64,000 nucleotides of DNA. It comes from Terriglobales bacterium (lineage in GTDB: Bacteria > Acidobacteriota > Terriglobia > Terriglobales > Acidobacteriaceae). Shown one piece after another: positions 36,099 to 44,362 of the stretch. Position numbers and translations under genes: made by a program. Where the stretch lies: positions 4,279 to 68,278 of the forward strand of contig JBHGAZ010000021.1 in the NCBI GenBank assembly GCA_041946765.1, read 5' to 3'. The first letter of the stretch is position 1, and every line of letters begins with the position of its first letter. The notes beneath the pieces were generated by a model that ran no database searches, was not told the DNA's origin, and saw nothing but the letters and a program-made list of their open reading frames with translations.

Positions 36099-37847
36099 AT
36101 GTTGCGCCGCCTGCTTCCGTTAGTGGTTGGGTTCCCAGGCCTGCTCACGTGGTTGTGCATCAACGGCGCCCGTAAAGGGCTGTACATGCCCGAGGTCGGG
36201 GTTCTGCTCTTTGCCACTGTTCTGACGTTGGTCCTGACTGGAGTGATCCTCTGGAATGCCCGTGCACTAAACCAATCGGACAGCGAGCGGCAACGCGTGG
36301 AGGCCGCCCTGCGGCACAGCCGCGACCAGTGGGAGCTCACTTTCAACTGCATGTCGGAAGGTCTCAGCTACCACGATCCGGAATACAACCTAGTCGGCGC
36401 CAATGAGGCCTTCTACAGGATGCTGGGGCGCGAGACCCTGTCCGGCTGCAAGTGCTATGAAGTCGTTCACCAAACAACTGAGCCGCCGGATTATTGCCCC
36501 ATGCGCCGCACGCTGGTCAGCAAGCAAACTGAATCGGGGGAGTTTTTCGAGCCTCGGTTGCGACGCTATCTCTCGGTCCGCACCGATCCCGTGCGCGACG
36601 GCAACGGAAACATCGTTCGCGTCGTGCACGTCGTCAACGACATTACCGAACGCAAGCAGGCGGAAGATGCTGTCCGCCGCCTGGCCGCAGTCGTCGAAAG
36701 CTCTCACGACGCCATCATCGGCAAGGACTTGCAAGGGCGCATCGTAAGTTGGAACCACGGCGCCGAAAAAATTTACGGATATACCGCCGCTGAAGTGCTC
36801 GGTAAGCCGGTCACCATTCTGTGTCCTTCGGGAACGGAAAACGACGAAGACGAATTGTTGACGTACATCCACGCGGGACAACGGATTGAAAGCCTGGAGC
36901 GGTTGCGCGTGCGCAGGGATGGCGTCCGCATCTACATCTCCGCCACGATTTCTCCTATTCTCGGCCCCGACGGCAAAATCGTAGGCGTCTCCACTATTGA
37001 TCGCGATATCAGTGATCGCAAGCGCGCGGAGCAGGAACGCTCCGGGCTGCTGCGCCGGGAACAGCAGGTCCGGCGCGAACTGGAGGCCAAGACCCGGGAA
37101 ATTGAAAAACTCAACGCTGATCTGGAACGGCGTGTGCGGCTGCGCACTATTGAACTGGAGGTCGCGAATAAGGAACTGGAAGCGTTCAGCTACTCGGTCT
37201 CTCACGACTTGCGCGCCCCTTTGCGCAGCATTGACGGCTTCAGCCAGATTTTGCTGGACGAATACGGGGACAAGTTCGCGGATGAGGGGCGCGACTTCTT
37301 GCGTCGCGTGCGCGCCGCCAGCCAGCACATGGGGCAACTGATTGATTCGCTGCTGCAATTGTCGCGCATGTCGCGTTTTGAGATGCGTTGCGGGCTCGTA
37401 AATATCTCCGCCATGGCGCGCGAGGTCGCCACCGAACTGCAGAACACCAATGCCGACCGGCAGGTGGAATGGGTGATCACGGACGCTCTGCTGGCTCAGG
37501 CCGACCCCAAGCTGCTGCATATCGCGATGCAAAACTTATTGAGCAATGCCTGGAAGTTCACCTCCAAAATGGCGGCGGCGAAGATTGAGGTGGGCAAGGT
37601 CGAGCAGGACGGGGATGTCGTTTATTTCGTCCGCGATAACGGCGCCGGATTCGATATGGCGTATGCCAACAAACTATTCGGCGCATTCCAACGGCTGCAT
37701 AGCACCAGCGAATTCGAAGGCAGTGGCATCGGACTGGCTACGGTGCAGCGCATAATCCATCGTCACGGCGGCCGCGTGTGGGCCGATAGCGCCCCCGGCC
37801 GCGGTGCCACCTTTTATTTCACCCTGACAGTCGGAGAACGATTTTGA
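36099..37847 (+). CDS. Membrane sensor histidine kinase (PAS x2-HisKA-HATPase)
   Basis: H-box FSYSVSHDLRAPLRSI. NLLSNAWKF, VRDNGAGFD, GSGIGLATVQRII. The track ORF begins at 35979; the ATG at 36099 precedes the TM segment. Confidence 0.85.
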   Translation: MLRRLLPLVVGFPGLLTWLCINGARKGLYMPEVGVLLFATVLTLVLTGVILWNARALNQSDSERQRVEAALRHSRDQWELTFNCMSEGLSYHDPEYNLVGANEAFYRMLGRETLSGCKCYEVVHQTTEPPDYCPMRRTLVSKQTESGEFFEPRLRRYLSVRTDPVRDGNGNIVRVVHVVNDITERKQAEDAVRRLAAVVESSHDAIIGKDLQGRIVSWNHGAEKIYGYTAAEVLGKPVTILCPSGTENDEDELLTYIHAGQRIESLERLRVRRDGVRIYISATISPILGPDGKIVGVSTIDRDISDRKRAEQERSGLLRREQQVRRELEAKTREIEKLNADLERRVRLRTIELEVANKELEAFSYSVSHDLRAPLRSIDGFSQILLDEYGDKFADEGRDFLRRVRAASQHMGQLIDSLLQLSRMSRFEMRCGLVNISAMAREVATELQNTNADRQVEWVITDALLAQADPKLLHIAMQNLLSNAWKFTSKMAAAKIEVGKVEQDGDVVYFVRDNGAGFDMAYANKLFGAFQRLHSTSEFEGSGIGLATVQRIIHRHGGRVWADSAPGRGATFYFTLTVGERF

Positions 37848-38063
37848 ATCAACCGGCGCACACCGGCTGCTGAACGCGTCGCGCGCGCTGTGCTGCGCCA
37901 CAACTGTTGCCTTCCCCGAAGCTGTTGCTAGTTCGTTTTCCCCAAAGCTGTTTTAGCGTGGAAACGGCGGTTTGCCGTCGGATTGCCGCGCGCTGAAGAA
38001 CTGCTCCAGAGTCCTCCGGTAGCGGTTTTCGTTCCACCGCAGTAGCCCATTTCGGACCCGGCA

Positions 38064-38103
38064 GCGTTCTGCCCGGCGGGGAATATTGCGTTCTGCCGGG
38101 CGG
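38064..38103 (+). promoter_or_regulatory. Two 16-nt direct repeats GCGTTCTGCC(C/G)GGCGG with 24-nt period, upstream of the M50 protease gene
   Basis: 38064-38079 and 38088-38103 differ at one position. They lie 100-140 nt upstream of the 38203 start. Confidence 0.3.
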
Positions 38104-38202
38104 TGACTAACATCCAAACTGTCAGAAATCGGGGCAGGCGGGCTATCCCGCAGGACGCACACGTGCAGGAGCCGACTGCCGCTTTGGACAAAGGAGTCCG
38201 TC

Positions 38203-39333
38203 TTGCGAGCCAGCATCAAGCTTGGGCGGGTTTGGGGCATTGAACTCGGCCTTCACTTCAGTTGGATCCTCATTGCCATCTTGATCACCTTCTCTCTGGC
38301 GGCCCAGTTCGGCCATACCAACCCTGAATGGGGAACGGGAGTCATCTGGCTTTCCGCCATCGTCACCGGCGTACTCTTTTTCGCGGCGATTTTTGCTCAC
38401 GAACTTTCGCACGCATTCGTTGCCAAGCTGCGAGGGCTCCCCATCCACAAGATCACGCTCTTTTTTCTCGGCGGCGTAGCTCAGATCGAACGCGAGGCTA
38501 ACGACGCCAAGACGGAATTCTGGATGGGCATTGCTGGCCCCATCATGAGCGTACTGGTGGGGCTCGTCTGCCTGGGCATTGCGATCCTGGGAGGCTGGAC
38601 CATGGGCGCAATCCCAGCGTCCCCCGTCCTCGCCGTCCTGGTCTGGCTGGGATACATCAACCTGCTCTTGGCCGCGTTCAACATGATCCCCGGCTTCCCT
38701 CTGGATGGCGGACGCGTGTTACGCGCTATCATCTGGTGGGTTACGAAAAACGAAGTCCGCTCCACCCGTATCGCCGCGCGCGTGGGCCAAGTGGTGGCTG
38801 TCGTCTTCATTACCTGGGGAATCTGGCGGTTCTTCACGGGCGCGGGGCTGGGTGGGCTGTGGCTGGCATTTATCGGATGGTTTCTGATGCAGGCAGCCAG
38901 CGCCAGCTATCTGCAGGTGCAGGCTGCGTCCGTGCTGCAGGACCTGCGCGTTGGCGATGTCATGTCGCGCGATTGCGTTTCCGTGGACGGCAACTCCGAT
39001 TTGCAGACGTTCGTCCATCAATACCTGTTGCGCACCGGCCGGCGTTGCTTTGTAGTACTTGAGGATGGCCGAATGACGGGTCTGGTGACGCCGCACGAGG
39101 TCAAAGAGGTCAATCCGGACCTCTGGCGCACTACCCGCATCCGCGATGTCATGCGTCCGGTGGATCGCGTGCACGTGGTCAGTCCAAGCACGCCTCTATT
39201 TGAAGCCCTGCAATTGATGGGCCGCGAAGACATTAACCAGCTTCCTGTGCTCTCGAATGGCAGGCTGGAAGGCATTCTGTCTCGCAGCCACGTGCTTCAG
39301 GTTCTGCAGTCGCGGGCCGAACTCGCGGCCTGA
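38203..39333 (+). CDS. Site-2 (M50 family) metalloprotease with C-terminal CBS pair
   Basis: 376 aa. HELSHAFVA (HExxH), FNMIPGFPLDGGRV, then two CBS-like repeats. Confidence 0.85.
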   Translation: MRASIKLGRVWGIELGLHFSWILIAILITFSLAAQFGHTNPEWGTGVIWLSAIVTGVLFFAAIFAHELSHAFVAKLRGLPIHKITLFFLGGVAQIEREANDAKTEFWMGIAGPIMSVLVGLVCLGIAILGGWTMGAIPASPVLAVLVWLGYINLLLAAFNMIPGFPLDGGRVLRAIIWWVTKNEVRSTRIAARVGQVVAVVFITWGIWRFFTGAGLGGLWLAFIGWFLMQAASASYLQVQAASVLQDLRVGDVMSRDCVSVDGNSDLQTFVHQYLLRTGRRCFVVLEDGRMTGLVTPHEVKEVNPDLWRTTRIRDVMRPVDRVHVVSPSTPLFEALQLMGREDINQLPVLSNGRLEGILSRSHVLQVLQSRAELAA

Positions 39334-39352
39334 CCCCGCATCTAAACGCGGA

Positions 39353-40201
39353 ATGGCTACACAACGCTGGGAACCACCACACGAGCAGGAACCTGAGAAA
39401 CAGGAACAAAGTCGCGAGGCTCTTCAGCTCGACACCTCGCGGATGACCGCCCACGAAATTCTGGAAGGCGCCGCTGAGCTGGGCCGCAACGAACTGAAGC
39501 GATCTTCCAAGGCGCTGGCGATTTCAGGACTTGCCGGCGGTCTAACCATGGGTCTCACCGGCATGGCAGTTGCTATCGCTCAGGTCACGCTGGGAGCCGG
39601 ACAAATGCAGGAGTTTGTTTCTTACATTTTTTATCCGGTGGGCTTCATTGCGGTAATCATCGGCCGAGCTCAGTTATTTACCGAAAACACTCTCTTCCCG
39701 GTGGTGCTGATCCTGAGTGAACGCCGCCATGTGCTGAGCACGCTCCGGCTCTGGATCGTAGTGTTTCTCTCAAATAGCATCGGCGCAGCCGCCTTTGCCG
39801 TTCTCGCGGTCTTGACCGGCGCATTGCGCAGCGACTTTGCATCCGAGCTGGTCACGCTCGGAGTGCAGTCTGCCAATCAGGAGATGGCCCACATTTTCTG
39901 GACCGGCGTGATTGGCGGCTGGCTCATTGCCCTGGTGGCCTGGTTGGTAACCGCCAGCCACTGGACCGTGGGACAAATCGTGGTTGTCTGGTTGTTGACT
40001 TTCATCGTTGGATTGGGGCGTTTCGCCCACTGCATCGCTACCAGCGGAGAAATTTTTGCGTCGGTGTTCGCCGGAGCTATTCCGTTCGGCTCGTACGTCC
40101 GTTGGATCATACCGGCAACCGCGGGCAACATCGTCGGCGGAGTGACGATCGTCAGCCTGCTGAACTACGGCCAGGTCAAAGCAGGCGAGACCCTGGAGTA
40201 A
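39353..40201 (+). CDS. Formate/nitrite transporter (FNT) family channel
   Basis: 282 aa from the ATG at 39353. IIGRAQLFTENT, GNIVGG at the C-terminus, six TM segments. Confidence 0.75.
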   Translation: MATQRWEPPHEQEPEKQEQSREALQLDTSRMTAHEILEGAAELGRNELKRSSKALAISGLAGGLTMGLTGMAVAIAQVTLGAGQMQEFVSYIFYPVGFIAVIIGRAQLFTENTLFPVVLILSERRHVLSTLRLWIVVFLSNSIGAAAFAVLAVLTGALRSDFASELVTLGVQSANQEMAHIFWTGVIGGWLIALVAWLVTASHWTVGQIVVVWLLTFIVGLGRFAHCIATSGEIFASVFAGAIPFGSYVRWIIPATAGNIVGGVTIVSLLNYGQVKAGETLE

Positions 40202-40353
40202 ACGGGCATCAAGCACTGGCCGGGCTTCACAGCGCTCGCGCCGTGAAAGCGTTACAATGTGCCGTCTCGTTGGGGGGCTTAATGGAAGTCCCGGATTCTC
40301 ACATCGGTCTAGTCTGATCGCTACGTCCTGAATCTCCAATCCGGAGGTGTAGT

Positions 40354-41478
40354 ATGCGGATCCCCCGAATGAAAACCCTGAGGAACCTCGCCCTGCTCGG
40401 AGCCGCAGGGACAGCAGCGGCCGGCGTCGGTATCGGCTTGGCCGGATTTGCGCTCTGGCGCAAGCTGGGCATGCGCGGGGAAGATGTGAGCGGCCAAGTG
40501 GTGTTGATCACCGGCAGCTCGCGCGGTCTCGGCCTCGCCATGGCACAGGACTTTGCGCAGCTTGGCGCTCGCCTGGTAATTTGCGCCCGCGACCAGCGCG
40601 AACTGGAATGGGCGCGCGCCGAACTGGAGCGAATGGGCGCCGAAGTCCTTGCCGTCCGCTGCGATGTCAGCAGCGCCGAGGACGTGAAGGGGATGATTGA
40701 AGCCGCCGTAGCGCGGTTCGGCCGAATTGACATCCTCATCAACAATGCCGGCATCATCAGTGTCGGCCCGCTGGCAACCCAGACTCTCGCGGACTTCCAG
40801 GAAGCCATGAATGTGATGTTTTGGGGAGTGGTGTATCCCACTCTGGCGGTGCTGCCGCAGATGCTGAGGCGGCGGCGCGGACGGATCGCCAATGTCACTT
40901 CTATCGGCGGCAAGGTCAGCGTACCGCACCTGTTGCCTTACAACTGCGCCAAGTTTGCAGCCGTGGGTTTTTCCGAGGGATTGCGCTCGGAACTGGCCAA
41001 GGACGGCATCAAAGTCACCACCGTCGTGCCCGGCCTGATGCGCACCGGCTCGCATGTAAACGCGTTTTTCAAAGGCGACAATCGCGCCGAGTTCTCCTGG
41101 TTCAGCGTCAGCGCCAGCAGTCCTGTTACTGCAATGAGCGGCCGCCGTGCCGCCAGAAGCATCGTCAATGCCGTGCGCCGTGGACGATCGGAGATCATTC
41201 TGACGCCGCAGGCTCAACTGCTGGCTGCCTTCCATGGCCTTTTCCCCGGGCTGACTTGTGACATTCTGGGCGTGGTTAATCGGATCCTGCCTGGGACCGG
41301 CAGCACCTCGCAGGAACGCCATACGGGAAAAGAAAGCGAATCCGCCGTGAGCAATTCCTTGTTGACCAAGCTGGGCCGCAAGGCGGGAGAAGAGCTGCAT
41401 CAGTATCCGGAGCGGGGCGAACCTGCGCAGCGGGCAACCGGCACTTTGGGGCAGCCGCGTCCCGCCCCGGCGACGTAA
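40354..41478 (+). CDS. Short-chain dehydrogenase/reductase with N-terminal TM anchor
   Basis: VVLITGSSRGLGLAMA (TGxxxGxG), NNAGI, YNCAKFA (YxxxK). Confidence 0.85.
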   Translation: MRIPRMKTLRNLALLGAAGTAAAGVGIGLAGFALWRKLGMRGEDVSGQVVLITGSSRGLGLAMAQDFAQLGARLVICARDQRELEWARAELERMGAEVLAVRCDVSSAEDVKGMIEAAVARFGRIDILINNAGIISVGPLATQTLADFQEAMNVMFWGVVYPTLAVLPQMLRRRRGRIANVTSIGGKVSVPHLLPYNCAKFAAVGFSEGLRSELAKDGIKVTTVVPGLMRTGSHVNAFFKGDNRAEFSWFSVSASSPVTAMSGRRAARSIVNAVRRGRSEIILTPQAQLLAAFHGLFPGLTCDILGVVNRILPGTGSTSQERHTGKESESAVSNSLLTKLGRKAGEELHQYPERGEPAQRATGTLGQPRPAPAT

Positions 41479-41691
41479 AGAGATTTTAGAGAAAAGAAGA
41501 GGAGTAGTAGCGCGGGTGCCTCGCCCGCGACCGGTAAACGAAAAGCGGGGAAGCAACAGCACAACTCGGGCTGGTTGTTACCGCTTGCTGCTTGCTGCTC
41601 GTTGCTTGCTGCTTCGGACAACCTGCGCTTCCCACCCGCGCTCTACCCGTAGAGAGCTTGGCCTCTGGAATTTTCGACAATCTGAGCTAAC

Positions 41692-42189
41692 GTGCCGGTC
41701 TCGCGGACAAAGTTGGCGATTTTCTGGCTGGCGAACTGGGCTATTTTTCTCGGCCTCTGGTTTCTTTACACCAACACGCCAAAATTGCCTGAGCTGCTGG
41801 CCGGAGCAGGAGCTGCGGCCCTGGCCGCCACCGGTTCTGCGATCGTGCAGGGGCAGCACTTTGCTCGCTTTGCACCCAAGCCGAAGTGGTTGGCGCTCTT
41901 CCTCACCGAACCGTGGTACGTGATAACCGGCAGTAAGGCAATCGTCTGGGCGATGTTCAAGAAGCTGGCCGGCAAGGGATCCGAAGCTCAACTCAAAGCC
42001 GTTGCTTTCCAGGCCGGCGGCGAGGATCCCGAATCAGCCGCACGTCGCGCGCTTGCCATCGCGCTGACCACGATCCCGCCAAATTTTGTCGTCATCGGCA
42101 TCGATAAACAGCAGAACACGATGCTTATCCACCAGGTAGCCCCAAGCGGCACACCATGGGTCACAAAGCAACTGGGAGCAACCGGATGA
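41692..42189 (+). CDS. mrpE: Mrp/Mnh antiporter subunit E-like
   Basis: 165 aa. N-terminal TM helices and LTTIPPNFVVIGIDKQQNTMLIHQV, resembling the MnhE TLTPGT...H motif. It is the first gene of a coupled seven-gene set. Confidence 0.5.
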   Translation: MPVSRTKLAIFWLANWAIFLGLWFLYTNTPKLPELLAGAGAAALAATGSAIVQGQHFARFAPKPKWLALFLTEPWYVITGSKAIVWAMFKKLAGKGSEAQLKAVAFQAGGEDPESAARRALAIALTTIPPNFVVIGIDKQQNTMLIHQVAPSGTPWVTKQLGATG

Positions 42190-42437
42190 ACCCATGGCTG
42201 CTCTGCGCCACCGTCATGCTGTTCTGCCTCGTTCCCTGCGGCATCATCGTCTTTCGTAGCACGCCCATGGACCGTTTAGTGGGACTGGAAATGGCAGGCA
42301 TGGTCGAAGCCCTGTTGCTCATCCTGCTCGCACAAGGTTTCCACCGCATTCCGTTTTACGACCTCGCGCTCGCCCTGGCGCTGCTGGCCTTCGGCGGCGG
42401 ACTTGTCTTTTCCCGGTTCCTGGAGCGCTGGCTATGA
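42186..42437 (+). CDS. mrpF: Mrp/Mnh antiporter subunit F-like
   Basis: 83 aa, three TM helices, ATGA overlap with mrpE. Confidence 0.6.
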   Translation: MNPWLLCATVMLFCLVPCGIIVFRSTPMDRLVGLEMAGMVEALLLILLAQGFHRIPFYDLALALALLAFGGGLVFSRFLERWL

Positions 42438-42808
42438 GCAATCGGCAGACAGCTATCGACGTGCTGCTGTGGATCGGCACTATGACCACAGTGATCTGCT
42501 GCCTGGGCATGTTGGTCATGAAAGACTTTTTCGAAAAGCTCCACTATATGGCGACTGTGGCCACCATCAGCGCTTTTGCCATCCTAGCAGCCGTGCTTTT
42601 GCAGGAAGGGTGGGGACAGGCCGGTGTTAAAGCGATCCTTGTTTGTGGCGTTCTGCTTTTGATGAATTCCGTGCTGACGCATGCCACTGCGCGCGCCGCC
42701 CGTGTACGGAAACTCGGCCATTGGACCCCACAGCCAGGCGAGCAAATTGAGGGCACAAAAGGACGCGGCGGTTCTGAGCGCCAGGGGGAGCGCAAAAGCA
42801 ACGAATGA
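42434..42808 (+). CDS. mrpG: Mrp/Mnh antiporter subunit G-like
   Basis: 124 aa. FEKLHYMATVATISAFAILAAV...NSVLTHATARAA. Confidence 0.6.
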   Translation: MSNRQTAIDVLLWIGTMTTVICCLGMLVMKDFFEKLHYMATVATISAFAILAAVLLQEGWGQAGVKAILVCGVLLLMNSVLTHATARAARVRKLGHWTPQPGEQIEGTKGRGGSERQGERKSNE

Positions 42809-43158
42809 TCAACTCTGTTACCCGCCACCGGAGTCAGCCCATGCTGGTCATGCAAGTGACGATTTTGGTGTTCGTTGCCATTGCTGGCACGGGCGTCGTG
42901 CTCACACGCGATCCCGCCAGCCAGAGTATAGCCGTCAGCTTCTATGGACTGCTGCTCGCACTGCTGTTCTTCATTTATCAGGCGCCGGACGTGGCACTGT
43001 CGCAGATCGTGACCGGCGCCGTTGCCCTCCCCTTGATGATCATGCTGGCACTCGCAAAGATCCGCCGCACGACCGAAGACCAGCAGCGCGAAAAGGAGAG
43101 GACCGGCAAAGCACGCAGAGCCGAGCGGCCGGTCAAAAGAGAAAAGGAGGCTGCATGA
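42805..43158 (+). CDS. DUF4040 (MrpA C-terminal / MbhD-like) membrane protein
   Basis: 117 aa. FFIYQAPDVALSQIVTGAV matches the recalled DUF4040 core (APDVALTQ). Confidence 0.6.
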   Translation: MINSVTRHRSQPMLVMQVTILVFVAIAGTGVVLTRDPASQSIAVSFYGLLLALLFFIYQAPDVALSQIVTGAVALPLMIMLALAKIRRTTEDQQREKERTGKARRAERPVKREKEAA

Positions 43159-44003
43159 GCCTCCGGGTGCGCCTGCCGTTCTTTATCATCTCGGGGCTTG
43201 GCTTTCTTGCCTTTTATATCTGGGGCCTTCGTGGACTTCCCGCGTTCGGCCATTATCGCGGCCCGTACGGAGATTTCATCAACGCCATAACGGTCTTTGA
43301 GCGGCACGTGACGGACACCGTAACCGCCGTCAATTTCGATTTCCGCGGCTTGGATACGCTTGGGGAAGAATTCATCCTGTTCATCTCGGTGGTGGGGGTC
43401 ACGCTGCTGCTGCGCAAAGAAGAGCACAGCGAAATCCAGGGTTCTGAGCGTGACCAGAGCCACGGCCGCATGCCTACAAAATCCGAACCACGCGCAGCCG
43501 GGCGGGCGGACGATGAGCAGGCGAGCGACCAGCGCGACCAAGCGACCGAGCGCAACGCGCCATCTCCCAGCGATGCTACCCGCGTGCTGACCCTCGGGCT
43601 TGTTGGCCCGCTCGTGTTATTCGGCATCTACATCGTCACACACGGCCAATTGACTCCCGGCGGTGGATTTCAAGGCGGCGTCATTCTGGCTACCGCGCCG
43701 CTGCTGGTGTATCTGGCGGGTAGTCTCCCTACTTTCAAACATATCGTTTCCCACACGCTCGTGGAAATTACGGACGCCATGGGAGCCGGCGGGTACGTGC
43801 TGATCGGGTTGGCAGCGCCATTTCTGGGCGCCAACTTTCTGGCCAACATTGTTCCTCTGGGGACGACCGGGAACGTGAATTCTGGCGGTACCATTCCCTT
43901 AATCAACCTCGCGGTCGGCCTGGAAGTCGCATCCGCATTTGTGCTGTTGCTGTACGCCTTCCTGGAAGAGACCCTGGAGAGAATGGAAGAACGGGAGGAT
44001 TGA
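43155..44003 (+). CDS. mrpB: Fusion of an MrpA-C-terminal-like segment and MrpB, joined by a ~55-aa acidic low-complexity linker
   Basis: 282 aa. TAVNFDFRGLDTLGEEFILF, then KEEHSEIQGSERDQSHGRMPTKSEPRAAGRADDEQASDQRDQATERNAPSPSDA, then HGQLTPGGGFQGGVILA (MrpB motif). Confidence 0.65.
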   Translation: MSLRVRLPFFIISGLGFLAFYIWGLRGLPAFGHYRGPYGDFINAITVFERHVTDTVTAVNFDFRGLDTLGEEFILFISVVGVTLLLRKEEHSEIQGSERDQSHGRMPTKSEPRAAGRADDEQASDQRDQATERNAPSPSDATRVLTLGLVGPLVLFGIYIVTHGQLTPGGGFQGGVILATAPLLVYLAGSLPTFKHIVSHTLVEITDAMGAGGYVLIGLAAPFLGANFLANIVPLGTTGNVNSGGTIPLINLAVGLEVASAFVLLLYAFLEETLERMEERED

Positions 44004-44362
44004 GTTTGGGTGCGGTCATCAGCTTCCTGCCATTCGCCATCGCTGCCTGGCTCTTTGTTGCGGGTCTTTATGGAGTTGCGACCAGCCGAAATCTGGTGCA
44101 CCTGATCATCTGTCTGGCCGTGCTCCAATCCTCTACTTATGTTCTGCTGCTCTCGATCGGATATCGTGTCGGCGGCGTTGCGCCCGTTTTCGCCGATATT
44201 CCGGTAGGTACTCCAGCAGTGGATCCGATTATGCAGGCGCTCATGCTAACCGACATTGTGGTGGAAGCAACCGTGATGGCACTGCTGCTGGCTCTTGCCG
44301 TGCAGACGCATAAGCGCACCGGTACGCTCGATCCCGACAAGCTGAAGGAGCTGCGCGGCTGA
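44000..44362 (+). CDS. mrpC: Mrp subunit C (NuoK-like)
   Basis: 120 aa, three TM helices. LFVAGLYGVATSRNLVHLIICLAVLQSS. TTG start overlapping the upstream stop. Confidence 0.7.
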   Translation: MSLGAVISFLPFAIAAWLFVAGLYGVATSRNLVHLIICLAVLQSSTYVLLLSIGYRVGGVAPVFADIPVGTPAVDPIMQALMLTDIVVEATVMALLLALAVQTHKRTGTLDPDKLKELRG

